Shown here piece by piece: positions 10,731 through 19,793 of a DNA stretch of 64,000 nt. The first letter of the stretch is position 1, and every line of letters begins with the position of its first letter. Source of the DNA: an uncultured Gammaproteobacteria bacterium. Its GTDB lineage: Bacteria > Patescibacteriota > Patescibacteriia > Magasanikbacterales > JBBTQS01. The notes under the pieces are model-generated. The model worked only from the letters and a program-made list of their open reading frames with translations. It had not been told where the DNA came from and ran no database searches. The position numbers were made by a program, and so were the translations under genes. The stretch is from positions 19,802 to 83,801 of the forward strand of contig CAZVGV010000002.1 in NCBI GenBank assembly GCA_964627055.1, in the 5' to 3' direction.

Positions 10731-12140
10731 ATGCCTATCAGACTTTGGAACACCCTCACGCGCAAGACGCAACTCTTCCGCCCCCAGAAGCCGGGCGTTG
10801 TCACGCTCTACACCTGTGGTCCAACCGTGTATAACTACATGCACATTGGTAACCTGCGCACCTTTGTATTTGAAGATCTGCTCAAACGCACACTTCTAGG
10901 AAGCGGCCTGCGCGTGAAGCACATTATGAATATCACTGATGTTGGCCATCTGACCAACGACTCTGATGACGGCGATGACAAGATGGAACGCGCTGCGCTT
11001 ACCAGTGGCAAAAATATCTGGGAACTCGCTGCGTTCTATACTGACGAGTTCATGCGCGATGTCGCAGCGCTCCATATTCTCCCACCACTGCACTACACCA
11101 AGGCGACTGACCACATCAAAGAACAAATCGCGTTGGTAAAAAAACTCGAGAAAGCTGGTCACACTTACCGCACAAGTGATGGGATATATTTCGATACATC
11201 CACCTGGAAAAAATACGGCGTACTCATGGGCAAGAAGCACCTTGCAGGACTACAAAAAGGCGCGCGCGTAAGTGCCAGCGACGAAAAGCGTACTGCCACA
11301 GACTTCGCACTCTGGAAGTTCTCTGCCGCAGAAGGGTCGAAGCGACAAATGGAATGGGACTCACCTTGGGGCGTTGGATTCCCAGGATGGCACATTGAGT
11401 GTTCGGCGATGGCCATGAAATACCTTGGCGCAACGCTCGATATTCACTGTGGCGGCGTAGATCACATCACAATTCATCACACGAACGAAATTGCGCAAAG
11501 CGAGGCTGCTACAGGCAAGCCATTCGCACGATTCTGGATGCACGGAGAATTCCTCCAGATCAACAATACAAAGATGGCAAAGTCACAAGGCAACTTCTTG
11601 CGTATTGCCGATATTCGTGCGCAAGGCCTCGACCCTATTGCGTATCGATACTTCTTGTTGCAGACACACTACCGCAAGCAGCTTCAATTCTCGTGGGAAG
11701 CTGTTGAAGCAGCTGCTGCAGGACTGCGCAACCTTGTTGAGCGACTTGCAACAGCTCCAGCAACCTCAAAGACTGATCCCCAACTCATCAAGAGTATAAC
11801 TGCTGCATTGCAAGACGATCTCAATGCACCGAAGGCCATCGCTCTTCTTTGGAAGACAGTGGGCAAAAAAGGAACGGTTGATGCACATACCGCAGAAGCG
11901 ATCTTTGTCGCTGATGACACGTATTTCGGGCTCGGGCTACGCGCACTCGTTGCCACATTCCTTGCTGGTGCGACAACGACACTCACCATCTCTCCAGATA
12001 TCCAAGGAATTCTTGATGCGCGAGCACTCGCTCGAGATAGTCGCGATTTTGCTACCTCCGACCGTCTTCGCGACGAGCTCCTCGCTCGCGGGTATGTCGT
12101 GAAGGATACAAAGGATGGTCAAGAGTTGAGCAAGAAATAA
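10731..12140 (+). CDS. cysS: Cysteine--tRNA ligase
   Basis: HIGN (HIGH) and KMAKSQGN (KMSKS) motifs are present. MPIRLWNTLTRK aligns with the canonical CysS N-terminus; alternative upstream starts at 10722 or 10701 are possible. Confidence 0.9.
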   Translation: MPIRLWNTLTRKTQLFRPQKPGVVTLYTCGPTVYNYMHIGNLRTFVFEDLLKRTLLGSGLRVKHIMNITDVGHLTNDSDDGDDKMERAALTSGKNIWELAAFYTDEFMRDVAALHILPPLHYTKATDHIKEQIALVKKLEKAGHTYRTSDGIYFDTSTWKKYGVLMGKKHLAGLQKGARVSASDEKRTATDFALWKFSAAEGSKRQMEWDSPWGVGFPGWHIECSAMAMKYLGATLDIHCGGVDHITIHHTNEIAQSEAATGKPFARFWMHGEFLQINNTKMAKSQGNFLRIADIRAQGLDPIAYRYFLLQTHYRKQLQFSWEAVEAAAAGLRNLVERLATAPATSKTDPQLIKSITAALQDDLNAPKAIALLWKTVGKKGTVDAHTAEAIFVADDTYFGLGLRALVATFLAGATTTLTISPDIQGILDARALARDSRDFATSDRLRDELLARGYVVKDTKDGQELSKK

Positions 12141-12161
12141 TTTCCACGTCACGAACCCGAA

Positions 12162-12198
12162 CCCGCACGCCTCCTGCTGTGCGGGTTTCGTGTTTTTT
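12162..12198 (+). terminator. Rho-independent terminator after cysS
   Basis: A CCCGCAC-N10-GTGCGGG stem is followed by TTTCGTGTTTTTTGTG. Confidence 0.5.
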
Positions 12199-12217
12199 GT
12201 GCTATACTTGTCTGCGT

Positions 12218-12742
12218 ATGCCATCCATGCAAGACGTTCTCAAGACTCTCCCAAAGCACGAACCACTCGAGCAACAGCCGTCCATGCCAGAACGTTTGGA
12301 CGCGATTCCCGACGCTCGTACATCAGAGCCTGAGACTGAAGCGTCAGAACCGCTCCAAGTCGAACTGCACGCTGATCACATCACTTCCATCCCGAACTCC
12401 CACATCGACACCGCGTCGAAGCAGCCCGTTGCTGCTCCTACGCAATCCATACCCTCCACCAAAGACCCACTCACACGTGACATTGAAAAAATCCTTGAAG
12501 AGAACCTCGCAGAATCGTTTGCAACCATGACCCCCGAGCAGCAACAAAAGTTCAAAACCGAAGGAGAACGCGTCACTGCTTCCATTCGCCAAATTATCAA
12601 ATCAGGCGTAGTCCATATTAAGAAAATCCTTGCACTCATCAGTGGATGGCTCCGTATGATCCCAGGAGTCAATCGTTTTTTCCTCGAAAAAGAATCGAAA
12701 ATAAAGGCAGAAAAAATCTTGCTCCTTGGAGGACAATTTTAG
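12218..12742 (+). CDS. Hypothetical acidic protein
   Basis: The ORF has an acidic, low-complexity N-half and a hydrophobic tail. TGcTATACT (12200-12208) lies 9 nt before the ATG at 12218, which suggests a leaderless start. The track start at 12179 would overlap the cysS terminator. Confidence 0.35.
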   Translation: MPSMQDVLKTLPKHEPLEQQPSMPERLDAIPDARTSEPETEASEPLQVELHADHITSIPNSHIDTASKQPVAAPTQSIPSTKDPLTRDIEKILEENLAESFATMTPEQQQKFKTEGERVTASIRQIIKSGVVHIKKILALISGWLRMIPGVNRFFLEKESKIKAEKILLLGGQF

Positions 12743-12763
12743 CTTTCACTAACGCTCTTTGGC

Positions 12764-15271
12764 ATGGAACCCTCACAGACACTTACCGCAGTGGATCTCT
12801 TGATCAACACCTTGATTGCCATTGCATCACTGCTCATGGCCGCTGGTGCACTTTTTTTGCTGCGTGTTTTTTTGCGTACCCGCCATCATCGTGCTGTAAG
12901 CCTCACGATGAGCACGCTGCTCATCCGCGTGCCTAAAGAAAAGAAAGATCAACCACAGCAATCCGGTGTACCACAAAGCGTAGAATATCTCCGCCAGGAC
13001 ATCGCAGTAATGGAAACGATCTTCGCGACCGTCGGCGGACTGCGTGCACAGCGTGGTTTCCTGGCTTGGCTACACGGTCGAGAGGATCATGTTAGCTTCG
13101 AAATCGTATCTCGTGGCGGAAATATTTACTTCTACTGTGTCGTACCACGCACTCTCGAATCGCTGTTAATCCAGCAAATTCACGCACAATTCCCTGCTGC
13201 ACAGATCGACCGCGAAGAAGATTACAATTTCTTCTCCCCGAAGAGTTCCATCCTTGGCGCCTACGTCACCATGACACGCGAGTTCCCATTTGCAATCAAG
13301 ACCTTCCGTGAACTCGACAGCGATCCACTCTCCGGTCTCACCAATCCGCTTGCAAAAATCGGCAAGAATGACGGTGCGGCAATTCAATTTGTCGTTCGTT
13401 CGAGCAAGAAGACATGGCGCAAGCGTGCAAAGGCGATTATTAAGCTCATCCAAAAAGGCAAATACCTCACCCAACACAACGATGGCATTGGTTCGATCAC
13501 GAGTGTTGCAAGCGCCATGATCTCAGGCAACAAGCAAGAACAGTCTCCCAAGGATTACCACATGACCGCTTCTGAGGACGAAATGGTAAAACGTATTGAC
13601 TCCAAAATGGCAAAAGCCGGACTTGATGTGAACATTCGTGTTATCGTCGCAGCAGAAAATGATCACTCCGCACGACAATACCTCGATACAATAGTCAGCG
13701 CCTTCGGCCAATTCAACAATTACTCGTACGGAAACTCCTTCAAGGCACTCGTGCCACGCATGCAGTCAACCGTCATTGAAGACTTCATCTACCGTGCGTT
13801 CGCTCCTCGTCGTCGTCTCGTGTTGAACACAGAAGAAATGGCATCGCTCTGGCATCTACCACTCCCTACAATCGAAACACCGAATATTGTTTGGCTCGGT
13901 GCGCGCAAGGCAGCTCCTCCACAAAACATGCCGAAGGAAGGACTGATCCTCGGACGTGTGACATTCCGCGGCGAAGAATCCGAAGTTCGTATCAAGCGGT
14001 CTGACCGTCGTCGCCATCTCTACACCATTGGTAAGTCAGGATCTGGTAAATCCGTGTTCCTCGAGAACATGGCGATTCAAGATATCAACAACGGAGAAGG
14101 GGTTTGCGTAGTCGACCCACACGGTGACCTCGTGCAGCACATTCTCGCCAATATCCCTGAGCATCGCATTGATGACGTCATTTACTTCTGCCCATCAGAC
14201 CTCGACCGACCGATCGGCCTCAACATGCTCGAAGCACGTTCAGAGGACCAGAAAGATTTTGTGGTGCAGGAAATGATTGCCATCTTCTACAAGCTGTTCC
14301 CACCTGAAATGATCGGCCCAATGTTTGAGCATCAAATGCGCAACGTGATGCTCACACTTATGGCAGATGTAGAGAACCCTGGCACTATTGCCGAAATTCC
14401 TCGCATGTTCTCTGACGAGGCGTACGCAAAGACTTGGATTGCGAAGCTCAAAGACCCTGTAGTTCGCTCATTTTGGGAAAAGGAAATGGCAAAGACCTCG
14501 GACTTCCACAAATCTGAAATGCTCGGATACTTGGTCTCCAAGGTTGGCCGATTCGTCGAAAACGAAATGCTGCGAAACATCATCGGTCAATCCCGCTCTG
14601 GATTTGATTTCCGCGAGGTGATGGATAACAAAAAAATCCTCCTCGTGAATCTCTCGAAAGGAACCACCGGTGAAGTGAACGCAAAACTTCTGGGTCTCAT
14701 CATCGTGGCGAAGTTACAGATGGCGGCACTCACTCGCGCCGACCTTCCTGAGGACCAGCGCCATGATTTCTACTTGTACATCGATGAATTCCAAAATTTC
14801 ATTACCGACTCCATCGCTACGATCCTTTCTGAAGCACGTAAGTATCGTCTCAACCTGACCATTGCGCATCAATACATGGGACAGCTGGTAGATGGCGGCA
14901 AAAATGATACATCCATTCGCGATGCGGTTCTCGGTAACGTCGGTACGATGGCAGCATTTCGCATCGGCCCAGAAGATGCCGAGTTACTGCAAAAGGAATT
15001 TGCACCGGTATTTTCTGCATACGACCTCATCAATGTGGAACAGTACACAGCCTACGTGAAATTACTCATTGACAACACCGCGGCAAAGCCATTTAATATG
15101 GCTACGACCGCACCACTTCCAGAAAACAACGAATACGCAGAAATGCTCAAGCAACTCTCGCGTCTCAAGTTCGGTCGTGATCGTGCCACGGTGGAGGAAG
15201 ATATTCTCGAACGTAGCCAATTAGGCACACTCACCCTTCCTGCCCAACCACTAACTGAAGCAAAGTTGTAA
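12764..15271 (+). CDS. TraD/VirD4/TrwB-like (type IV coupling protein family) membrane-anchored P-loop ATPase
   Basis: An N-terminal transmembrane helix is followed by Walker A TIGKSGSGKSVFL, HGDL, Walker B LYIDEFQNF and AHQYMGQL motifs (TrwB_AAD_bind/DUF87-like architecture). No other T4SS components are present in the window. Confidence 0.65.
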   Translation: MEPSQTLTAVDLLINTLIAIASLLMAAGALFLLRVFLRTRHHRAVSLTMSTLLIRVPKEKKDQPQQSGVPQSVEYLRQDIAVMETIFATVGGLRAQRGFLAWLHGREDHVSFEIVSRGGNIYFYCVVPRTLESLLIQQIHAQFPAAQIDREEDYNFFSPKSSILGAYVTMTREFPFAIKTFRELDSDPLSGLTNPLAKIGKNDGAAIQFVVRSSKKTWRKRAKAIIKLIQKGKYLTQHNDGIGSITSVASAMISGNKQEQSPKDYHMTASEDEMVKRIDSKMAKAGLDVNIRVIVAAENDHSARQYLDTIVSAFGQFNNYSYGNSFKALVPRMQSTVIEDFIYRAFAPRRRLVLNTEEMASLWHLPLPTIETPNIVWLGARKAAPPQNMPKEGLILGRVTFRGEESEVRIKRSDRRRHLYTIGKSGSGKSVFLENMAIQDINNGEGVCVVDPHGDLVQHILANIPEHRIDDVIYFCPSDLDRPIGLNMLEARSEDQKDFVVQEMIAIFYKLFPPEMIGPMFEHQMRNVMLTLMADVENPGTIAEIPRMFSDEAYAKTWIAKLKDPVVRSFWEKEMAKTSDFHKSEMLGYLVSKVGRFVENEMLRNIIGQSRSGFDFREVMDNKKILLVNLSKGTTGEVNAKLLGLIIVAKLQMAALTRADLPEDQRHDFYLYIDEFQNFITDSIATILSEARKYRLNLTIAHQYMGQLVDGGKNDTSIRDAVLGNVGTMAAFRIGPEDAELLQKEFAPVFSAYDLINVEQYTAYVKLLIDNTAAKPFNMATTAPLPENNEYAEMLKQLSRLKFGRDRATVEEDILERSQLGTLTLPAQPLTEAKL

Positions 15272-15327
15272 CGCTCATTTCGTGAGCAGCTGCGTAGTGT
15301 ACCCGCTTCTTCTTTAATGCATGTCGT

Positions 15328-15996
15328 ATGGATTCGCTTGGCAACTTGTTGCACAGCCGTTCTTCTAGCCTGTCACTTCCACAGCTTCCGGACAAACCCG
15401 TGCATACCCCTGCGCCAGATTTTTCCGCACCAACTCCAGCACCTGCACCCGAGCCGCAGCACGTCGACCGCCTTGCACAGATTCGCACACTCGTCCATGA
15501 GATCGAAGAACGACTCACCCAGGTGCGAGAAATACTTGCAAGCGACCCTCCAGTGTCACATTCCACAACAGTACTTCCACCAGTTACCACACACAGCACA
15601 CCACCTACGACAACCACAACAGAGTTCACGGTTCACGAAGGTGTTTTCAACGGTGAAGGCATGATCGGCGCAGATGGCCAGACCTATCCCGTGCCCGTGA
15701 ACTACGCATCCAAGTCCAAGCTTGTCGAAGGTGACCTCCTCAAGGTTACAGTCCTCCCAACGGGCGAGCTCATGTACAAGCAAATCGGCCCAGTGGAACG
15801 TGATCGCAAAATGGGCAGACTCGTAAAGCACGAAGATGGATCATTTACTGTTGCAACAGAGCAAGCAGAATACCGTGTACTTACTGCAGCTGTCACCTAC
15901 CACCGCGGAGCACACGGGCATAGCGCTGTGGTGTTAGTACCACGCGATAGCTTCAGCACATGGGCAGCAATTGAGTACATTTTCCACCAACCATAA
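15328..15996 (+). CDS. Hypothetical protein with a Pro/Thr-rich linker and a conserved C-terminal globular domain
   Basis: The PAPDFSAPTPAPAPEP and TTHSTPPTTTTTEF linkers precede a C-terminal domain, GMIGADGQTYPVPVNYASKSKLVEGDLLKVTVLPTGELMYK.., which matches no known family. Confidence 0.35.
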   Translation: MDSLGNLLHSRSSSLSLPQLPDKPVHTPAPDFSAPTPAPAPEPQHVDRLAQIRTLVHEIEERLTQVREILASDPPVSHSTTVLPPVTTHSTPPTTTTTEFTVHEGVFNGEGMIGADGQTYPVPVNYASKSKLVEGDLLKVTVLPTGELMYKQIGPVERDRKMGRLVKHEDGSFTVATEQAEYRVLTAAVTYHRGAHGHSAVVLVPRDSFSTWAAIEYIFHQP

Positions 15997-16008
15997 AACC
16001 ACATTCCT

Positions 16009-17637
16009 ATGGCACAGACTCTTTACCGCAAATACCGCCCCAGTCGTTGGTCTGATGTTGTAGGTCAAGATCATGTGGTTCGCACACTCACCAACGAATT
16101 ACGACGCAACGCACTCGTGCACGCATATCTCTTTACCGGCCCTCGTGGCGTAGGCAAGACTACTGCCGCTCGCTTGCTTGCGAAGGCAGCGAACTGTACG
16201 GGACGCCGTGAATCAGCAGAGCCCTGCGAGACCTGCCCTCAGTGCATCGCATGCACCAATGGTCAGGCAATCGACATCATTGAAATCGACGCCGCAAGTC
16301 ACACCGGCGTAGACATGGTGCGCGAACACATCATCGAGAACGCACGATTCCTCCCCACGCAATCTCGATATAAGGTCTTCATTATCGATGAAGTCCACAT
16401 GCTCTCTACCAGTGCGTTCAACGCGCTCTTGAAGACACTCGAGGAGCCACCGGAGCACGCAATGTTCATTCTTGCTACTACCGAGATCGACAAACTTCTT
16501 GCGACGATTCGCTCTCGCTGCGAAGAATATGTGTTCCGTCGCGTTCCCCACGCACTCATCGTCGAAAAGCTTCGTACGATTATTACTGCTGAATCTCGTG
16601 AAGTCGCATCAGACGTGATTGCACAAATCGCCAGCAACGCTGACGGCTGTCTTCGTGACGCAGAAAGTCTCTTGGGTCAAGTGCTCTCACTCACCACCGG
16701 ACCGATCACAATGGCAGAGTGTGAGCACATCTTGCCTCGCGTTGCTTATAAGGAAGCAATATCCATTCTTGAGGCTATCGCACAGCGAAATGCACAGGCT
16801 GGACTTGCTGTGCTCGATACGCTCGCGGCAAATGCCACCGAGTTTCATGGCTTTGCAACACAACTCATCGACACCACTCGTCTGGTACTTCTTGCCATGC
16901 ACCGCGCAATGATGGAGGAAGAACGTGCGCGGTTTGATGAGGAATCACTCGCACGTCTGGCAACTCTCGCAAAGACGTACAACCCCACACGAATCACCAC
17001 GGCACTTTCATCATTCATGGCCGCACGCATCGATATCAACACCGCGCCAATCCCCCAACTTCCACTAGAAATCGCGATTGTGGAGCTCTGTAGCGATGGA
17101 GTTACTCCGGTCACAACCACCCAGCCAATCGGATCAGCGCCAACCATGCCAGTTGTACCCCCACAACCCGCACAAGCAGATGCTGCGCCGTCTCGTGCAC
17201 GTGCAGGATTGCCTCCCGCGCCACAACCACCTGCTCCACCAGAAATATCGACAACAACCACAAACAGCAGTGAATCAATTCCCTACTCCAACGGCCCCCT
17301 GACACTCACCGTGGAGAATATTACTTCACGCTGGAATAAGTTTTTGGAATTCGTAGGCGAGAAGAACCCCTCTACCATGTTATTGCTACGCATGGCGCAG
17401 CCAACAGCCATTGAAGGCAACAAACTCCGTCTCACATGCAACTTCGCACCGCATGCTGATAAGCTCCGCGAGCCTAAGATAAAAGTCATGGCCGAGAACC
17501 TCTTTGCCACGTTTTTTGCAGAACGCGCCGACCTTGACTGCTCCTCTGCTGCTGTGGTACAACAGAGTACGCCTGATGAAGTTAGCCCTGAAGCTGCAGC
17601 ACTTGCTGCAGAGTTCGATGGCCAAGTCGTAGGGTAG
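16009..17637 (+). CDS. dnaX: DNA polymerase III subunit gamma/tau
   Basis: YRPSRWSDVVGQDHVV, the Walker A GPRGVGKTT, a Zn module CxxC..C and a DEVHML box are present, followed by a Pro-rich tau linker. Confidence 0.9.
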   Translation: MAQTLYRKYRPSRWSDVVGQDHVVRTLTNELRRNALVHAYLFTGPRGVGKTTAARLLAKAANCTGRRESAEPCETCPQCIACTNGQAIDIIEIDAASHTGVDMVREHIIENARFLPTQSRYKVFIIDEVHMLSTSAFNALLKTLEEPPEHAMFILATTEIDKLLATIRSRCEEYVFRRVPHALIVEKLRTIITAESREVASDVIAQIASNADGCLRDAESLLGQVLSLTTGPITMAECEHILPRVAYKEAISILEAIAQRNAQAGLAVLDTLAANATEFHGFATQLIDTTRLVLLAMHRAMMEEERARFDEESLARLATLAKTYNPTRITTALSSFMAARIDINTAPIPQLPLEIAIVELCSDGVTPVTTTQPIGSAPTMPVVPPQPAQADAAPSRARAGLPPAPQPPAPPEISTTTTNSSESIPYSNGPLTLTVENITSRWNKFLEFVGEKNPSTMLLLRMAQPTAIEGNKLRLTCNFAPHADKLREPKIKVMAENLFATFFAERADLDCSSAAVVQQSTPDEVSPEAAALAAEFDGQVVG

Positions 17638-17642
17638 ATATT

Positions 17643-17714
17643 TCCGGGATCGTCTAATGGTAGGACTCATGCCTCTGGAGCATGCTATCTTGGTTCGAAT
17701 CCAGGTCCCGGAGC
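17643..17714 (+). tRNA. tRNA-Gln (anticodon CUG)
   Basis: TCCGGGATCGTCTAATGGTAGGACTCATGCCTCTGGAGCATGCTATCTTGGTTCGAATCCAGGTCCCGGAG has a 7-bp acceptor stem, anticodon loop CUCUGGA and T-loop GTTCGAATC. Discriminator G and CA follow; only CA is encoded 3' of the discriminator (...GGAG-CAGATTT), so the 3'-CCA is not genome-encoded. Confidence 0.85.
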
Positions 17715-17812
17715 AGATTTGTAAAAAAGAAGGTAAGACACGTTCGCGTGACAGGTACTGATCCTCTCCTGTTGCCATTGCGAAATGCCTCGCCTTCTTT
17801 TTTTACATACAT

Positions 17813-18433
17813 TCAACGCTGCTCCGTCGGCAGGGTGTTGGTGTATCCGTGAGCGCAGAGCCATTGGTATGACTGCAGTACATCCTCAGGCAGAACTTGT
17901 TCCGTCTGAAATCCCAGCGCGGGGTACGTCTGTATTCGACAAAGCGTACCCACGAGATAGTGTACGAGTTGTTCGCGCGCTGCTTCGTCTCGAACATACT
18001 GTTCAAACGGGATCTGTGGCGAAGTGACACAACACCGAGCTTCTGGCCATACCTTACGAAAGGTTGCATACACACGACGTTCCATGTACGGTTTTTGAAC
18101 AAGTACAAAGGAACGAAAGGTATAGCCATGCTCTGCAAGAAGCTTTTTTGTAAACTTTATATTCTCACCTGTATTAGTTGCTAGAGGTTCTACAATGATC
18201 CGATGCTCCGGCACACCATGTTCACGTACTATTGATGCATATCGATATCCCTCTGAAACTCCGGAGACTATTACGTGACTCCCGTACCCTTCATGCCATA
18301 ACTGCGCTGCCCGGACTGCTACGCGCGTTGCATCAGATCCTAAAGCAAAAATCGCATCCATAGGAACGCATGGCTGCCCAAGACAAAGATAGCCCCAAAG
18401 AATTTTTGCATGCTGCTGTATCAGGACATCCAT
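17813..18433 (-). CDS. DUF218 (YdcF/ElyC/SanA-like) domain protein
   Basis: VIVSGVSEGY..TNTGENIKF is the DUF218 signature arrangement. The protein is 206 aa. Confidence 0.65.
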   Translation of the reverse strand: MDVLIQQHAKILWGYLCLGQPCVPMDAIFALGSDATRVAVRAAQLWHEGYGSHVIVSGVSEGYRYASIVREHGVPEHRIIVEPLATNTGENIKFTKKLLAEHGYTFRSFVLVQKPYMERRVYATFRKVWPEARCCVTSPQIPFEQYVRDEAAREQLVHYLVGTLCRIQTYPALGFQTEQVLPEDVLQSYQWLCAHGYTNTLPTEQR

Positions 18434-19749
18434 AGCGTATCAAGAGCTGTGATGAACTGACCCCCCCGATCAAATACATTTTGAAAGCTTCCCAACGATG
18501 AAAATGCTGGAGAAAAAAGTATCGCGTCCCCAGGTACCGCGATACGAAGCGCTTCTGCAACCGCAGCATGAACAGAATCGACGCGAACAGCCTGAGGTAT
18601 TTTGTTGGCAATGACTTCTGAACCGGTTCCGGGGAGTAAGAGCACGTGCTTCGTGTAGCGCTGCATTGCCGCGATGAGTGCGTCTATTTTATTTCCTTTG
18701 TCACCCCCACCCACAATGAGAATGATCGGCGTAGACGCCAATGCTTCGAGCCCAGCACAGGTTGCTTCTGGGATAACTGCAGTGGTGTCATTGTACACAC
18801 GTATACCGCGTCTTTCTCCTACGAGCTCGAGCCGTCCCGGCACTCCTGGAAATGCCTCTAGCTCCTGACGAATGATTGCATCATCTATACCATATGCTTT
18901 TGCGGCCGCACGCGCACAGGCAGCATTATATCTATTATGCATACCAGGAATTACGAAGCGCCAATCAGCAACATCTCTTGCTGATGCACACACAACTCGC
19001 TGGACCGTCTCGGGGTATTGTGTTGCGATAGCAGGTAATGCCTGCGCACCTACAATGAGCGTGTCTTGCGTAGATTGATGCAAAAATATCTGAGCCTTAT
19101 CCTTCAGATACCGCTGCATGTCATTTCGATAGTAGGCCTGGTGATCCTCATAAAATGTCGTGAGCACTGCAATGTGCGGACTCAAATGCAACGCACCAAA
19201 TCCTTGCAATTGCCACGAATCCAATTCTAACACTGCGACAGTTGCCGTATCTGCATCATGTAATAACGCCAGTGTCGAAACACCCAGAATATTCCCCCCA
19301 AGTAGCACCTTCACTCCAGCAGCAGCAAGTATTGCGTGTATCATGGTAGTCGTGGTGGTCTTGCCTCGCGTACCAGTCACACCGATAATTGGTAGTCCTG
19401 ATAGCTCAGCAAAGAGGTCTGCGCTCATACGCACCGGGATACCTTGTGCACGCGCCTCCGCAAGATACGGCGAGGACTCAGGAACTCCCGCGGCGCGCAG
19501 AATCATATCTCGTCCACGAAAGTCTTCGGGCCGATGTTGACCTAATGTGTAGGTAATATTTTCGTATTCGGACAGCACATCCAAAGAAGGTTGGAGTTCC
19601 TGTGACAGCTTGAGATCAGTTATGATAAGATCAGCCCCACAGGAAGCCAGGAATGCGGCGTCACCAACACCGCGGCCCAGGAGGCCTAGGCCCATGATGG
19701 TAATTTTTTTGCCCTGAAAGTACTCAGAAATTTCATGCCGCATACTCAA
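18421..19749 (-). CDS. murD: UDP-N-acetylmuramoyl-L-alanine--D-glutamate ligase
   Basis: ITIMGLGLLGRG (N-terminal Rossmann fold) and GVTGTRGKTTTTTMI (Mur ligase P-loop) are present. The protein is 442 aa. Confidence 0.9.
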   Translation of the reverse strand: MSMRHEISEYFQGKKITIMGLGLLGRGVGDAAFLASCGADLIITDLKLSQELQPSLDVLSEYENITYTLGQHRPEDFRGRDMILRAAGVPESSPYLAEARAQGIPVRMSADLFAELSGLPIIGVTGTRGKTTTTTMIHAILAAAGVKVLLGGNILGVSTLALLHDADTATVAVLELDSWQLQGFGALHLSPHIAVLTTFYEDHQAYYRNDMQRYLKDKAQIFLHQSTQDTLIVGAQALPAIATQYPETVQRVVCASARDVADWRFVIPGMHNRYNAACARAAAKAYGIDDAIIRQELEAFPGVPGRLELVGERRGIRVYNDTTAVIPEATCAGLEALASTPIILIVGGGDKGNKIDALIAAMQRYTKHVLLLPGTGSEVIANKIPQAVRVDSVHAAVAEALRIAVPGDAILFSPAFSSLGSFQNVFDRGGQFITALDTLWMS

Positions 19750-19764
19750 CTGTAGCGTACACGT

Positions 19765-19773
19765 ATTCTACCA
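19765..19773 (-). promoter_or_regulatory. TGGTAGAAT extended -10 element for murD, overlapping a TATTCT -10 for the divergent plus-strand gene
   Basis: The 44-bp divergent spacer 19750-19793 contains TATTCT on the plus strand, 24 nt before the ATG at 19794. Its complement TGGTAGAAT lies on the minus strand, 20 nt before the murD ATG. Confidence 0.3.
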
Positions 19774-19793
19774 GAAACGACACACGAATCCAC

